Of a DNA stretch of 64,000 nucleotides, positions 30,863 through 40,223 are shown in pieces. Position 1 is the first letter of the stretch. Each line of letters opens with the position of its first letter. Both the position numbers and the translations under genes were made by a program. This DNA is from an uncultured Granulicella sp. Lineage in GTDB: Bacteria > Acidobacteriota > Terriglobia > Terriglobales > Acidobacteriaceae. The notes beneath the pieces are model-generated. The model ran no database searches. It saw nothing but the letters and a program-made list of their open reading frames with translations, and had not been told where the DNA came from. The stretch lies in assembly GCA_965198625.1 (NCBI GenBank), contig OZ240667.1, positions 3,967,669 through 4,031,668 on the forward strand, read 5' to 3'.

Positions 30863-32239
30863 TCAGCCTGCCGTCAGAACCTCCAGCGCCCCCTCCAGCC
30901 GCACCCCGCGGCTCGCCTTCAGCAGCACCGCATCGCCCTCCCGCACCGTCTCCACCATCCACTCTCCCGCCGCCTTCGGCGTATCCACAAACACGCCCCC
31001 CGCCCCAAACCCCGCCACCATCTCGCTCGCCAGACCCCGCACCCCCACCACCACATCCACCCCGCGCTCCCGCATCCGCTCCCCGCACGCCCGATGCAGC
31101 GCCGCCGCCGCCTCCCCCAGCTCCAGCATCTCCCCCGCGATCACCACGTGCCGCCCCTTCGCCGGCATCGCCATCAACGCATCCACCATCGCATCCAGCG
31201 CCGCCGGGTTCGAGTTGTAGCAATCGTTGACGATCCTCGCCCCCCGCCACTCCAGCACTGTCCCCCGCTTATCCGGCGCCCGCATCTCCCCCAGCGCCGC
31301 GCAGCACTCCTCCAGCCCCATCCCGCTCCACACCCCCACCCCAACCGCCGCCAGCGCGTTCAACACGTTATGCCGCCCCAGCAACCGCAGCCGCGCCTCC
31401 GCCCGCTCGCCGCGCGCAACCACATCGAACCGCACACCCTCCGCCCCCAACTCGCGTACCTCCTCCGCCCGCACCTGCGCTTCCTCCGCCAACCCATACA
31501 TCACCGCCCGCTCTCCCATCCCGCGCCCAAACTCCCGCACCCGTTCATCGTCCCCGTTCAAAAGAGCAATCCCATCCTCCGGAAGCGCCTGCACCAGCTC
31601 ATACTTGGCCTTGGCGATCCCCGCGATTCCCTCCGGAAAAAACTCCAGGTGCACCGCCGCCACATTCGACACCACCGCCCAGTCCGGCTCCGCGATCCTC
31701 GCCAGCGCCGTCAGCTCCCCGGCGTGGTTCATCCCCATCTCGATCACCGCCACCTCGTGCTCCGGCTCCAGCCTTAGCAGCTGCAGCGGCACGCCGAAGT
31801 GATTGTTCAGGTTCCCCGCCGACTTCAGCACCTTGAACCGCGCCCCCAGCACTGCTGCCACCATCTCCTTGGTCGTCGTCTTTCCCGCCGACCCCGTCAC
31901 CCCGATCACCCGTCCGCCCCACATTCTCCGCACCCGGTCGGCCAGCGTCTGCATCGCCCGCAGCACGCAGTCCTCGCCCTCCGGCACCCGCAGCAGCCGG
32001 CAACTGTCCATCTCCTCCGGTGCCAGCCACCGGTTGCTTACCACCGCCGCCACCGCCCCGTTCGCCAGCGCCGCCGCCACAAAGTCGTGCCCATCCACCC
32101 GCTCGCCCGTCACCGCGAAGAACAGCTCTCCCTCGCCGATCGTCCTCGAGTCGATCGAGTACCCCACCGCCTCCGCGCCGGTTGTAAAATCCCCCTCCGC
32201 ATGAATCCAGTCCGCCACCTGCCCCAGCATCAACTTCAT
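30863..32239 (-). CDS. murF: UDP-MurNAc-tripeptide--D-Ala-D-Ala ligase
   Basis: GVTGSAGKTTTKEM, GNLNNHFGVP, EMGMNH, NDCYNSNP, GEMLELG, LKASRG. Confidence 0.96.
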   Translation of the reverse strand: MKLMLGQVADWIHAEGDFTTGAEAVGYSIDSRTIGEGELFFAVTGERVDGHDFVAAALANGAVAAVVSNRWLAPEEMDSCRLLRVPEGEDCVLRAMQTLADRVRRMWGGRVIGVTGSAGKTTTKEMVAAVLGARFKVLKSAGNLNNHFGVPLQLLRLEPEHEVAVIEMGMNHAGELTALARIAEPDWAVVSNVAAVHLEFFPEGIAGIAKAKYELVQALPEDGIALLNGDDERVREFGRGMGERAVMYGLAEEAQVRAEEVRELGAEGVRFDVVARGERAEARLRLLGRHNVLNALAAVGVGVWSGMGLEECCAALGEMRAPDKRGTVLEWRGARIVNDCYNSNPAALDAMVDALMAMPAKGRHVVIAGEMLELGEAAAALHRACGERMRERGVDVVVGVRGLASEMVAGFGAGGVFVDTPKAAGEWMVETVREGDAVLLKASRGVRLEGALEVLTAG

Positions 32240-32249
32240 CCCATCTCCT

Positions 32250-32305
32250 CGGGTACCCCATGACCGGCGCATCGCGCCTATCGGGGGGTTACTCACTTCC
32301 CTGAA
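32250..32305 (-). repeat. Degenerate REP-like palindrome between murE and murF
   Basis: Minus strand reads AACCCCCCGATAGGCGCGATGCGCCGGTCATGGGGTACCC, an imperfect hairpin. Confidence 0.35.
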
Positions 32306-32366
32306 CCGCGCCAACAACCAAGGGCTTCAGCCTGCGGTATGCCCCTTCTCCGGCCCCTGTCCCCGC

Positions 32367-33839
32367 TCATCCTCCCAGCTCCCGCAACACTCCCGCCGCC
32401 ACCTCCACATCATCGAACGGCACCGTCCCATCCCTTAGCACTTGCACCTTCTCATGCCCCTTCCCCGCAATCAGCACAATATCCCCCCCGCGCGCCGCCC
32501 GCATCGCCAACCCGATCGCCGTCGCCCGATCCTCCTCCACCACGCACTTCGCCCCGGTCTCCCTTACCCCCGCCAGCGCCTCTGCAAGAATCGCCCCCGG
32601 CTCCTCCGACCTCGGATTATCGCTGGTCAGCACCACCAGGTCGCTCCCTTCACCCGCCGCCCTGCCCATCCTCGGCCGCTTCGTCCTGTCCCGATCTCCC
32701 CCGCACCCGAACAGCGTAATCACTCGCCCCTCGCCCGCCAGCTCCCTGGCCAACGCGATCAGATTCCGCAGCGCATCATCGGTATGCGCATAGTCCACCA
32801 CCACCGTCATCCCCAGCTCATTCGGCACCGTCTGGAACCGCCCCGGCACCTGCCGCAATCCCCGCGCCGCCGCCGCAATCTCCTCGAGCGTCAACCCTCG
32901 CGCCAGCGCCGCACAACTCGCCGCCAGCAGGTTGTACACATTCACCCTCCCCGTCAGCGGCGAGAGCACCTCCACTCCGCCGCTCGGCGTCTGCATCCAG
33001 AACTGCGTCCACCCCGCCCCAAACCGCACCGCCTCCGCCCGGTAGTCTCCATCCTCAATGCCATACCCCATCACCGCCGACTGCATCGTCTCCCGCAGCA
33101 GCTTCGCCCCAAACCCATCCTGCGCATTCACCACCGCGAACTTCGGCGCCGGCGCACCCACGCCTTTGAACAGCTTTGCCTTCGCCGTCGCGTAAGCCTC
33201 CATCGTCCCGTGATAATCCAGATGATCCTGCGTCAGGTTCGTAAAGATCCCCACCTCCACCGGCACCCCCCACACCCGCTCCTGCTCGAGCGCATGGCTC
33301 GACATTTCCATCACCACCTCCGTGCACCCCGCCGCCGCCCCATCCGCAAACACCTGGTACAGATCACTCGCCTCTGGCGTAGTATGCTCGCTCGCCCTTA
33401 CCTCGTCCCCCACATGCGTCTCAATCGTCCCGATCAAAACGCACTTGCGCCCGACGCTGCGCAGCATCTGCTCCAGCAGAAACGCCGTCGTCGTCTTGCC
33501 ATTGGTCCCCGTCACCGCGCTCACCTTGAGCTTCCGTTCCGGATGGCCCAAGAGATTGGCCGCGATCTCCGCCAGCGCCCGCCGCCCGTTCTCCACCCGC
33601 ACTACCGGCAGCCCCATCTTTGCCGCCAACACCTCCCGCGAATCCGTTACCACCACTCTTGCCCCGCGCTCCACCGCCTGGCCGATGAACCTGTTCCCAT
33701 CCACCGTCCCTCCGCGCATCGCCACGAACACATCCCCCGGCCGCACCCGCCGTGAGTCGTACTGCACCCCCATCACCTCCACGCCCGAGCCCACCCGCTC
33801 CAGCGTCTCCACCCCCTCCAACGCCACATCCATCCGCAT
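32367..33839 (-). CDS. murE: UDP-MurNAc-Ala-Glu--mDAP ligase
   Basis: VTGTNGKTT, TTPE, FTNLTQDHLDYH, DYAHT, FGCGGDRD, DNPR (DAP-type), AGKGHE. Confidence 0.97.
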   Translation of the reverse strand: MRMDVALEGVETLERVGSGVEVMGVQYDSRRVRPGDVFVAMRGGTVDGNRFIGQAVERGARVVVTDSREVLAAKMGLPVVRVENGRRALAEIAANLLGHPERKLKVSAVTGTNGKTTTAFLLEQMLRSVGRKCVLIGTIETHVGDEVRASEHTTPEASDLYQVFADGAAAGCTEVVMEMSSHALEQERVWGVPVEVGIFTNLTQDHLDYHGTMEAYATAKAKLFKGVGAPAPKFAVVNAQDGFGAKLLRETMQSAVMGYGIEDGDYRAEAVRFGAGWTQFWMQTPSGGVEVLSPLTGRVNVYNLLAASCAALARGLTLEEIAAAARGLRQVPGRFQTVPNELGMTVVVDYAHTDDALRNLIALARELAGEGRVITLFGCGGDRDRTKRPRMGRAAGEGSDLVVLTSDNPRSEEPGAILAEALAGVRETGAKCVVEEDRATAIGLAMRAARGGDIVLIAGKGHEKVQVLRDGTVPFDDVEVAAGVLRELGG

Positions 33840-33925
33840 CACGCTATCCTACCGCGCGCCACCCCACCCACCTTCCCCACAGCTCACACCCGCAAACCCA
33901 AGACCCGAAGATCAGTGCTTCTCAT

Positions 33926-36256
33926 TCACCGCGAAAACCTGACCACGATCTCCGTCCCCGCCGGCACCATCGTTCCCGCTACCGGCACCTGCTGCCTGGC
34001 CAACCCGCTGCCCACCGGCTGCACCCTCAGGCCGATCTCGCCCGCCCGCTCTACCACCGTTCGCAGCGCGGCCCCTTCAAACGACGGCACCGCCACCCGC
34101 GAGCTCGCGTCCACCACCACTCCGCCGTCCGCCCGTGCCTGCACCTCCGGCACGATCTTCGGCGCAGCCACCGCCGCCCGTTGATCCTCATCCGCCATCG
34201 TCGAGGTCGTGTTGCCCGCCTTGTGAAACTCCGCCAGCACCTTCTCCGGCAAGGACATCGGCACCGCCGCCTTCCCCGGCGCAGCCACTCCAGCCCCGCC
34301 GCCCTCTATCGGCCCCTGCGCCGCCGCCTGCCGCAGCGGATCCTCCGCCGGCAGGCTGTTCACATCCGCAAACATCGCATTCAGGTCGGCGCCGCTCTCC
34401 TCCGCCGGCGTATCAAAGGTGTCCTTCACCGGCGCGCTCGCCAGCATCTCCTTCTTGGTCTTCAAGGGCTGGTCGTGCGGCACTCCCAGGTACTCGAGCA
34501 CCTCCTGCGCCACCTGGGCAAACACCGGCGCGCTCACCGTCCCGCCATACCCCGTCCCCACCGTCGGCGTGTCGATCACCACCGCCACCGTGATCGCCGG
34601 GTTGCTCACCGGCGCCATCCCCGCGAAGCTCGCCACCAGCTTGGTGTGGCTGTACGTGTGCGTCGCCACGTCGATCTTCTCCGCCGTGCCCGTCTTGCCG
34701 CCCGAACTGTATCCGTTCAGCGCCGCCTCCTTGCCCGTGCCCTCCGTCACAATCCCGCGCATGATCTCGCGCATCGTCGCCGACGTCATCTCCTTGATCA
34801 CCCGGTGCGCGCCCTCCGGCAGCTTCGCCGGCAGCTGGTTCGTCGGCCGGAACGCCGCCGGCTTCAGCCGCGCATCGCCCTTCATCTCGTCGGTCGACTG
34901 CAGCAACACATGCGGCGGCATGTACACCCCGCCATTCGCAATCGTCGACACCATCGCCGCCAGCTGCACCGGCGTCACCCCCACCTCCTGCCCGATCGCC
35001 AGCGACATGAAGCTCGTCGCGTCCCACTTCTTCGGCGCCCGCAGCAGCCCCCGCGTCTCGCTCGGCAGCTCAATCCCGCTGCGATCGCCAAACCCAAAGC
35101 CCTTCATGTAGTCATAAAACTTCTGGTTGCCCAGCTTCAGCGCCATCTTCGCCGCGCCCACGTCTGACGAGTGCTCCAGCGCATACTGCACCGTCACCGT
35201 CCCGAAGTGATCCGACTTGTCGTCGTGCAGCGTCCGCCCATACATCGTCCACGCGCCGCCCTCGCAGTTCACCAGGTCTGTCGGCTTCACCCCCGCCCCG
35301 TCGATCGCCGCCGAATACGTCACCAGCTTGAACGTCGACCCCGGCTCATACACATCGCTCACCGCCAGGTTCTGCAGCACGCTCGCATCCATGTGCTTCT
35401 GGTCGTTCGGGTTGAACCGCGGCGAGATCGCCAGCGCCAGGATCTGTCCCGTATGCGGATCCTGCACCACCACCGTCCCATGCGCCGCCTTCACCTTCGC
35501 CATCTGCGCGTCCAGCGCCTGCTCCGCCATGTACTGGATATTCGCGTCTATCGTCAGCACCAGGTTCTCGCCCGGCTGCGGCTCGTTCATCTCGCTACCC
35601 AGCACGTGCCGCTTGGCGTCCAGCGCCGTCAGCATGTGCCCCGGCTCGCCATGCATCTCCTCGTCAAACTGCAGCTCGAGCCCGCCCAGCCCCGTGTCGT
35701 CCGTGCCCACATACCCCAGCACCTGCGCCGCCAGTTCGTTGTTCGGATAGAACCGCTTAAACTCCTTCTGGAAGTACACGCCCTTCAGGTTCAGCTCGCG
35801 AATCCTGTCCGCCGTCCCCTTGTCCACCCGCCGCGCCACCCACGCGAAGCCCCGCGACGCATTGAACCGCGCCAGCATCTGCGGCTCGCTCGTAAACCGG
35901 TCTGTCGCGTCCACATGCACCACCCGCGCCAGCATCCGGGCCGCCTCCGCCCGGTTTTCGCCCAGCTCGCTCGGCACCGCGTAGATCGAGTCCACCAGCG
36001 TGGTCATCGCCAGCTCTTTCAGGTTGCGGTCGTACAGCACCCCGCGCCGCGGCGCTACCTCGAACGCCCCCGTCTGCTGCTTCGCCGCCCGGCTCACCCA
36101 ATCCTGGTGCTGAAACACCTGCAGCCACGTCAGCCGCGCCCCGATCGCCCCTGCCCACAAGCAGAAAAACAGCACCACCAGCGCAAACCGCCGCCGCTGG
36201 ATCGGAGCGGCCGCGCTCTGCGCCGGGCCCTGCCTTGGTGCCTGTGTCCTGGTCAT
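33926..36256 (-). CDS. ftsI: Division class B PBP with C-terminal PASTA-like domain
   Basis: RG.LYDRN, EPGSTFK (SxxK), SSDVG, KTGT; position in dcw. Confidence 0.93.
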   Translation of the reverse strand: MTRTQAPRQGPAQSAAAPIQRRRFALVVLFFCLWAGAIGARLTWLQVFQHQDWVSRAAKQQTGAFEVAPRRGVLYDRNLKELAMTTLVDSIYAVPSELGENRAEAARMLARVVHVDATDRFTSEPQMLARFNASRGFAWVARRVDKGTADRIRELNLKGVYFQKEFKRFYPNNELAAQVLGYVGTDDTGLGGLELQFDEEMHGEPGHMLTALDAKRHVLGSEMNEPQPGENLVLTIDANIQYMAEQALDAQMAKVKAAHGTVVVQDPHTGQILALAISPRFNPNDQKHMDASVLQNLAVSDVYEPGSTFKLVTYSAAIDGAGVKPTDLVNCEGGAWTMYGRTLHDDKSDHFGTVTVQYALEHSSDVGAAKMALKLGNQKFYDYMKGFGFGDRSGIELPSETRGLLRAPKKWDATSFMSLAIGQEVGVTPVQLAAMVSTIANGGVYMPPHVLLQSTDEMKGDARLKPAAFRPTNQLPAKLPEGAHRVIKEMTSATMREIMRGIVTEGTGKEAALNGYSSGGKTGTAEKIDVATHTYSHTKLVASFAGMAPVSNPAITVAVVIDTPTVGTGYGGTVSAPVFAQVAQEVLEYLGVPHDQPLKTKKEMLASAPVKDTFDTPAEESGADLNAMFADVNSLPAEDPLRQAAAQGPIEGGGAGVAAPGKAAVPMSLPEKVLAEFHKAGNTTSTMADEDQRAAVAAPKIVPEVQARADGGVVVDASSRVAVPSFEGAALRTVVERAGEIGLRVQPVGSGLARQQVPVAGTMVPAGTEIVVRFSR

Positions 36257-36326
36257 TGCTCTAACGCCATCCCTCTACCGCCACCCTCTTTACTCCAGCG
36301 CTCCTTTACTCCAGCGCTCCGCGCGG

Positions 36327-36830
36327 CTACTCCAGCGCTCCGCGCGGAGCCGAGACCGCCGCCACCGCCGGCGCGCCATCCTGCCCCGCAAACCCCTCGT
36401 TCCGGATCACCTGGCCCGGCGCCGGCTGGTCCAGACCCAGCTCCTTCGCCATCCTGTCGATCCGTCCCGGCTCCGTCAGCTGCGCCTCGTTCAGCCGGAT
36501 CTGCCGATTCTGCTCCCGCAGCTCCTCCACCTGGTGCTTCTGCGCCTCCACCTGGTAGCCGATCTCGATCGACGAAAAATGCTGCCACACATACACCAGC
36601 ACCAGCAGAAAAAGCACCGTCATCACAGCCGTGAACAGCCGCATCTCCCGCCGCCGCTCCGGATCATCCGCCTTGACAATCCGGCTGTTGTCCAGGTGCT
36701 TGGCAAAAAAGATCTCCGGCGTAATCTGCCGCGGCGCCCGCCGCTGCCGCTCGAACAACTCCCGGTTCCGCTCCGCCAGCATCTCGCCCCGGCTCCGCGT
36801 CCCCACCGGATTCATTGTCATCGTCGCCAT
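36327..36830 (-). CDS. ftsL: Cell division protein FtsL
   Basis: Single TM plus coiled coil, RIDRMAKELGL; lies between rsmH and ftsI. Confidence 0.88.
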   Translation of the reverse strand: MATMTMNPVGTRSRGEMLAERNRELFERQRRAPRQITPEIFFAKHLDNSRIVKADDPERRREMRLFTAVMTVLFLLVLVYVWQHFSSIEIGYQVEAQKHQVEELREQNRQIRLNEAQLTEPGRIDRMAKELGLDQPAPGQVIRNEGFAGQDGAPAVAAVSAPRGALE

Positions 36831-36889
36831 CGTCTACTCCCTCGCCCAGCTCTCAACCCTCAACCCTGAAGCCATCAACCCAAAAACCT

Positions 36890-37825
36890 CTAAAACTTGG
36901 CCTTACCCTTACCCGCAGCCCCCAGCTTCTCCGCCGCCCTCAACTTCGCGCTCCGGCTCCTGGGATTCCTGAGCGTCTCCTGCTCTCCCGCAATCACCGG
37001 CTTCTTCGTCAAAATCTGAAAACTCCCGTCCCGCCCCCACTCCCGGAACGCATCCTTCACCAGCCGGTCCTCCAGGCTGTGGAAGCTGATCATCACCAGC
37101 CTGCCACCCGGCTTTACCAGAGACCCCGCGCTCTCCAGCAGCGATCGAATCTCTCCCAGCTCATCATTCACTCGAATCCGGATCGCCTGAAAGGTCCTCG
37201 TCGCGGGATGAATCTTGTCGCCCTTCATGGATGGGGCCGCAGCCGCTATCACTTCAGCCAGTTCCGCTGTCGTCGATATCGGCCGGGCCCTCACCAAGGC
37301 TCTGGCGATTTGCCGCGATCTCCTTTCATCTCCGAACTCGTAAATCAGGTCGGCGAGAACGTTTTCGTCTTCCTGATTTACCACTTGCCCGGCCGTCACC
37401 CCGCTGCGCGTATCCATCCGCATGTCCAGCGGTCCATCCGACCGAAAACTAAACCCTCTGTGCGCCTCATCCAACTGCAGGCTGCTCACTCCGAAGTCCG
37501 CCAGCAGCCCATCGATCTTTCCCATCAGGCTGCCCTCCGCGATCACTTCCTTCGCCTCCGAAAACGCCCTCGGCTCAAACACCACCTCCGGCATCTCCGC
37601 TCCCAGCTCCGCCCGCAGCTCCTCGAACCGGACCTTCGCCTGCTCCATCGCCTCCGGGTCGCGGTCAAAGCAGATCAGCCTGCCCGCTCCGCCCAGCCGT
37701 CTCGCAATCTCCACCGAGTGGCCGCCCAGTCCCAGCGTGGCGTCCACATACACGCCGCCTCGCCGCACAGTCAAAAACCTCAATGCGTCCTCTAAAAGAA
37801 CCGGCACATGTTGCGGTGATCTCAC
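36890..37825 (-). CDS. rsmH: 16S rRNA m4C1402 methyltransferase
   Basis: HVPVLL, DATLGLGGHS, DFGVSSLQLD, LDMRMD, ISFHSLEDR, NPRSRSAKLR. Confidence 0.97.
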   Translation of the reverse strand: MRSPQHVPVLLEDALRFLTVRRGGVYVDATLGLGGHSVEIARRLGGAGRLICFDRDPEAMEQAKVRFEELRAELGAEMPEVVFEPRAFSEAKEVIAEGSLMGKIDGLLADFGVSSLQLDEAHRGFSFRSDGPLDMRMDTRSGVTAGQVVNQEDENVLADLIYEFGDERRSRQIARALVRARPISTTAELAEVIAAAAPSMKGDKIHPATRTFQAIRIRVNDELGEIRSLLESAGSLVKPGGRLVMISFHSLEDRLVKDAFREWGRDGSFQILTKKPVIAGEQETLRNPRSRSAKLRAAEKLGAAGKGKAKF

Positions 37826-37903
37826 GTCCTCAACCGCCTTCCATGCTCCCCCTGGGGGGTCCCTGCTGCCTCTCACTGCCTCTACCTGCGCCTCACTGCC
37901 TCA

Positions 37904-38338
37904 TCACCATCCCAGCCCCGCCGCCTCCGCCATCTCTTCCTTGGTCAGCGGCCTTGCCGAAGCCTGGAACTCAGCCAGGTTCGCCACTTCCAGCGTCGAA
38001 CCCTTCGAAATCACAATCACGTCCCCGGTCAGGTTTCCGTCCTGCCGTATCTCCTGCGGCAGCAGCAGCCGTCCCTGCCCGTCCATATCCACCGGATCCC
38101 CATAGCGGCTCGTCACCTCCAGCAGCCTCTGCCGGATCGCACTCGAGGTCGGCAGCGCATTCAGCTGCTCCAGCTTCTTCATCCACTCCTGCAGCGGGAA
38201 TAGCAGCGCCCGCCGTCCATCCAGGCTCGTGATGTAGAACCTGTTCCCGTACGTCTCATCCACCACCGCCTTGAAATCCGACGACAGCTTCAACCGTCCC
38301 TTCTCGTCCACCCGCGTCGTCTGATGTCCGAGAAACAT
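37904..38338 (-). CDS. mraZ: Division/cell wall cluster regulator MraZ
   Basis: Two AbrB repeats, DEKGRL and DGQGRL; first gene of dcw. Confidence 0.95.
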   Translation of the reverse strand: MFLGHQTTRVDEKGRLKLSSDFKAVVDETYGNRFYITSLDGRRALLFPLQEWMKKLEQLNALPTSSAIRQRLLEVTSRYGDPVDMDGQGRLLLPQEIRQDGNLTGDVIVISKGSTLEVANLAEFQASARPLTKEEMAEAAGLGW

Positions 38339-38419
38339 GCCATTTCACCTGCGAACCAAACTCACCAGCTTCAAACATCCCCGGTACGGCGTAAACTCCG
38401 TCTCAGGTGAAGCTCTTTA

Positions 38420-38466
38420 GTCCCGCCTAGCCCAATTTTGACCACTTCTGACCCCAATACTCACCT
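38420..38466 (-). promoter_or_regulatory. Probable MraZ-binding repeats
   Basis: GGGTC, TGGTC, TGGGC, GGGAC at 10-bp period on the minus strand upstream of mraZ. Confidence 0.55.
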
Positions 38467-38526
38467 GAACGCGCTCAACAAACAAGTGCTAAATTGCTTC
38501 GCCGCCGAACTTTCGGGTCACAAGCC

Positions 38527-38535
38527 TGTGGAAAA
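38527..38535 (-). promoter_or_regulatory. DnaA-box consensus match
   Basis: TGTGGAAAA is the reverse complement of TTTTCCACA (fits TTWTNCACA); single copy. Confidence 0.4.
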
Positions 38536-38586
38536 CCTCCATCCAGGAACCACAAACCACAACCGGCGCGGAACTAGCCTCCACAA

Positions 38587-38602
38587 CCTCAACATCTTGT
38601 GT
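38587..38602. promoter_or_regulatory. NrdR-box-like palindrome
   Basis: CCTCAACATCTTGTGT versus consensus acaCwAtATaTwGtgt; all core positions match. Confidence 0.45.
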
Positions 38603-38871
38603 TAGCGGCGCTGGTCCTCCCACTTAGGCAACCCGTTGCCCGATCCGGGAATCTCTGCTAAAGCGAAATAAAGGCGAAGAGCCGCCGATCCACATAGTTG
38701 TGTACACTCATCGCCCGTAGGAACGCCCGCTTGGCGACCCGAGCCCCACGCCCTGCCAGCACCTCTCAGGCCCTTGATCAGCCTCACGGAAGTCCCCGCA
38801 GCCCGGCGACAGCTCTCGGCCTTCTATGGTAGAAATGTGCATCGTGTCTAGTCTCACCTGAGGGCGGTCCT

Positions 38872-39978
38872 ATGAGCAATGGCAGGTTCGCATCCGGCGC
38901 AGCGGCGGCTTTCGTCATCGTGGCCATGACCCTCTCCACAACCGCAGCCGCCCAAGCTCCCGCCCAAACGCCCACCCAACCCCCCGCCCAAACCCCCGCC
39001 CAGCCCATAGCCCCCGACAACCCCCTCCGCTTCACCGTCCCCGCCACCGTCTCGCCTCAGGCCGCCGCGGCCTTGAGCAGGCTCTACTCCATGCGCGCCC
39101 ACGCGCCCCGCCGCGAGCGCCCCCGCACCCAGGAAGACTGGGACCGCGCCAACGCGCAGCTCGACAAGATCGGCGGTCCCATGTCGGCTGCCGCCGCCGA
39201 TGCACTGCACGTCACGCGCACGCAGGATTCGCTCGGCGGCGTGCCCGTTCTGCGCGTCCGTCCCGCCGGCTTCAAACCCGGCGGCCCGATCCTTCTCTAC
39301 ATGCACGGGGGCGCCTACACCTTCAATTCGGCCGCCAACAGCCTCACCATCCCGGCCCTGGTCAGCACCGCCACCGGCCACGAGGTCATCTCCATCGACT
39401 ACGCGCTCGCTCCCCGCGCCGACTGGCACGTCGTCACCAACCAGGTAGTCGCCGTCTGGAAGGCCGTTCTCGCCACCGGCATCAAGCCCGCCAGCGTCGG
39501 CATGATGGGCGACTCCGCCGGCGGAGGCCTCGCGGCCGGCTCCGTGCTCAAAATGCGCGACGAGCACCTGCCCCTGCCCGGCGCCCTCTACCTCATGTCC
39601 CCCTCCGCCGACCTCTCCGGTGCCGGCGACACCAGCACCACCCTCGCCCCCTACGACCCCGTCCTCGCACCCGACACCAGCGCCTGGAGCAGGGAAGCCT
39701 ACGCACCGCCCGCCGACCAGAAGAACCCCTACGTCTCCCCCGTGTACGGGGACTACACCCAGGCCTTCCCCCCCACGCTCATCCAGTCCGGCACCCGCGA
39801 GATGCTCCTCAGCGGAGCCGTGCGCGAGTACCAGGCCATCCGCAGCGGCGGCCACGAGGCCGTCCTCGACGTCTACGAGGGCATGCCGCATGTCTGGCTC
39901 GCCATCATCCCCCAGGCGCCTGAAACCAGGACCGCCATCAAGCGCGCCACAGACTTCCTCGCCCTGCACCTCCAATAG
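38872..39978 (+). CDS. Secreted alpha/beta-hydrolase esterase (HSL family)
   Basis: HGGAY, DYALAP, GDSAGG, YEGMPH. Confidence 0.92.
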   Translation: MSNGRFASGAAAAFVIVAMTLSTTAAAQAPAQTPTQPPAQTPAQPIAPDNPLRFTVPATVSPQAAAALSRLYSMRAHAPRRERPRTQEDWDRANAQLDKIGGPMSAAAADALHVTRTQDSLGGVPVLRVRPAGFKPGGPILLYMHGGAYTFNSAANSLTIPALVSTATGHEVISIDYALAPRADWHVVTNQVVAVWKAVLATGIKPASVGMMGDSAGGGLAAGSVLKMRDEHLPLPGALYLMSPSADLSGAGDTSTTLAPYDPVLAPDTSAWSREAYAPPADQKNPYVSPVYGDYTQAFPPTLIQSGTREMLLSGAVREYQAIRSGGHEAVLDVYEGMPHVWLAIIPQAPETRTAIKRATDFLALHLQ

Positions 39979-40007
39979 ACAGCCTGCAATTGCAGTAACA
40001 ACGTCAT

Positions 40008-40174
40008 CAGGGTCGAAGGTCCGACACATCCTGAACTTTGCCTATCAATCGGCGGTCCTAGGACACCGCCGGGGGCAACATGGTCAGGGCCGAAGGCCCG
40101 TGCCATAACAGCCTGGGCCGAAGGCCTAGGTCCAAACCCCGCAACAGACCCGAGGGCTGAAGGCCCGACCCATA
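40008..40174 (+). repeat. REP-like dispersed element, copy 1 (GGGCYGAAGGCCY units)
   Basis: Four GAA-loop hairpin units; colinear with 52671-52811. Confidence 0.85.
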
Positions 40175-40223
40175 ATGCATCCACGCAACCTCGCAACGGC
40201 GACGGATCTACTTGTCGTCCGCT

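Noticed and set aside
38600-38830. RNase P RNA or another ncRNA upstream of mraZ
   Set aside because: No GAGGAAAGTCC signature or other recognisable motif on either strand.
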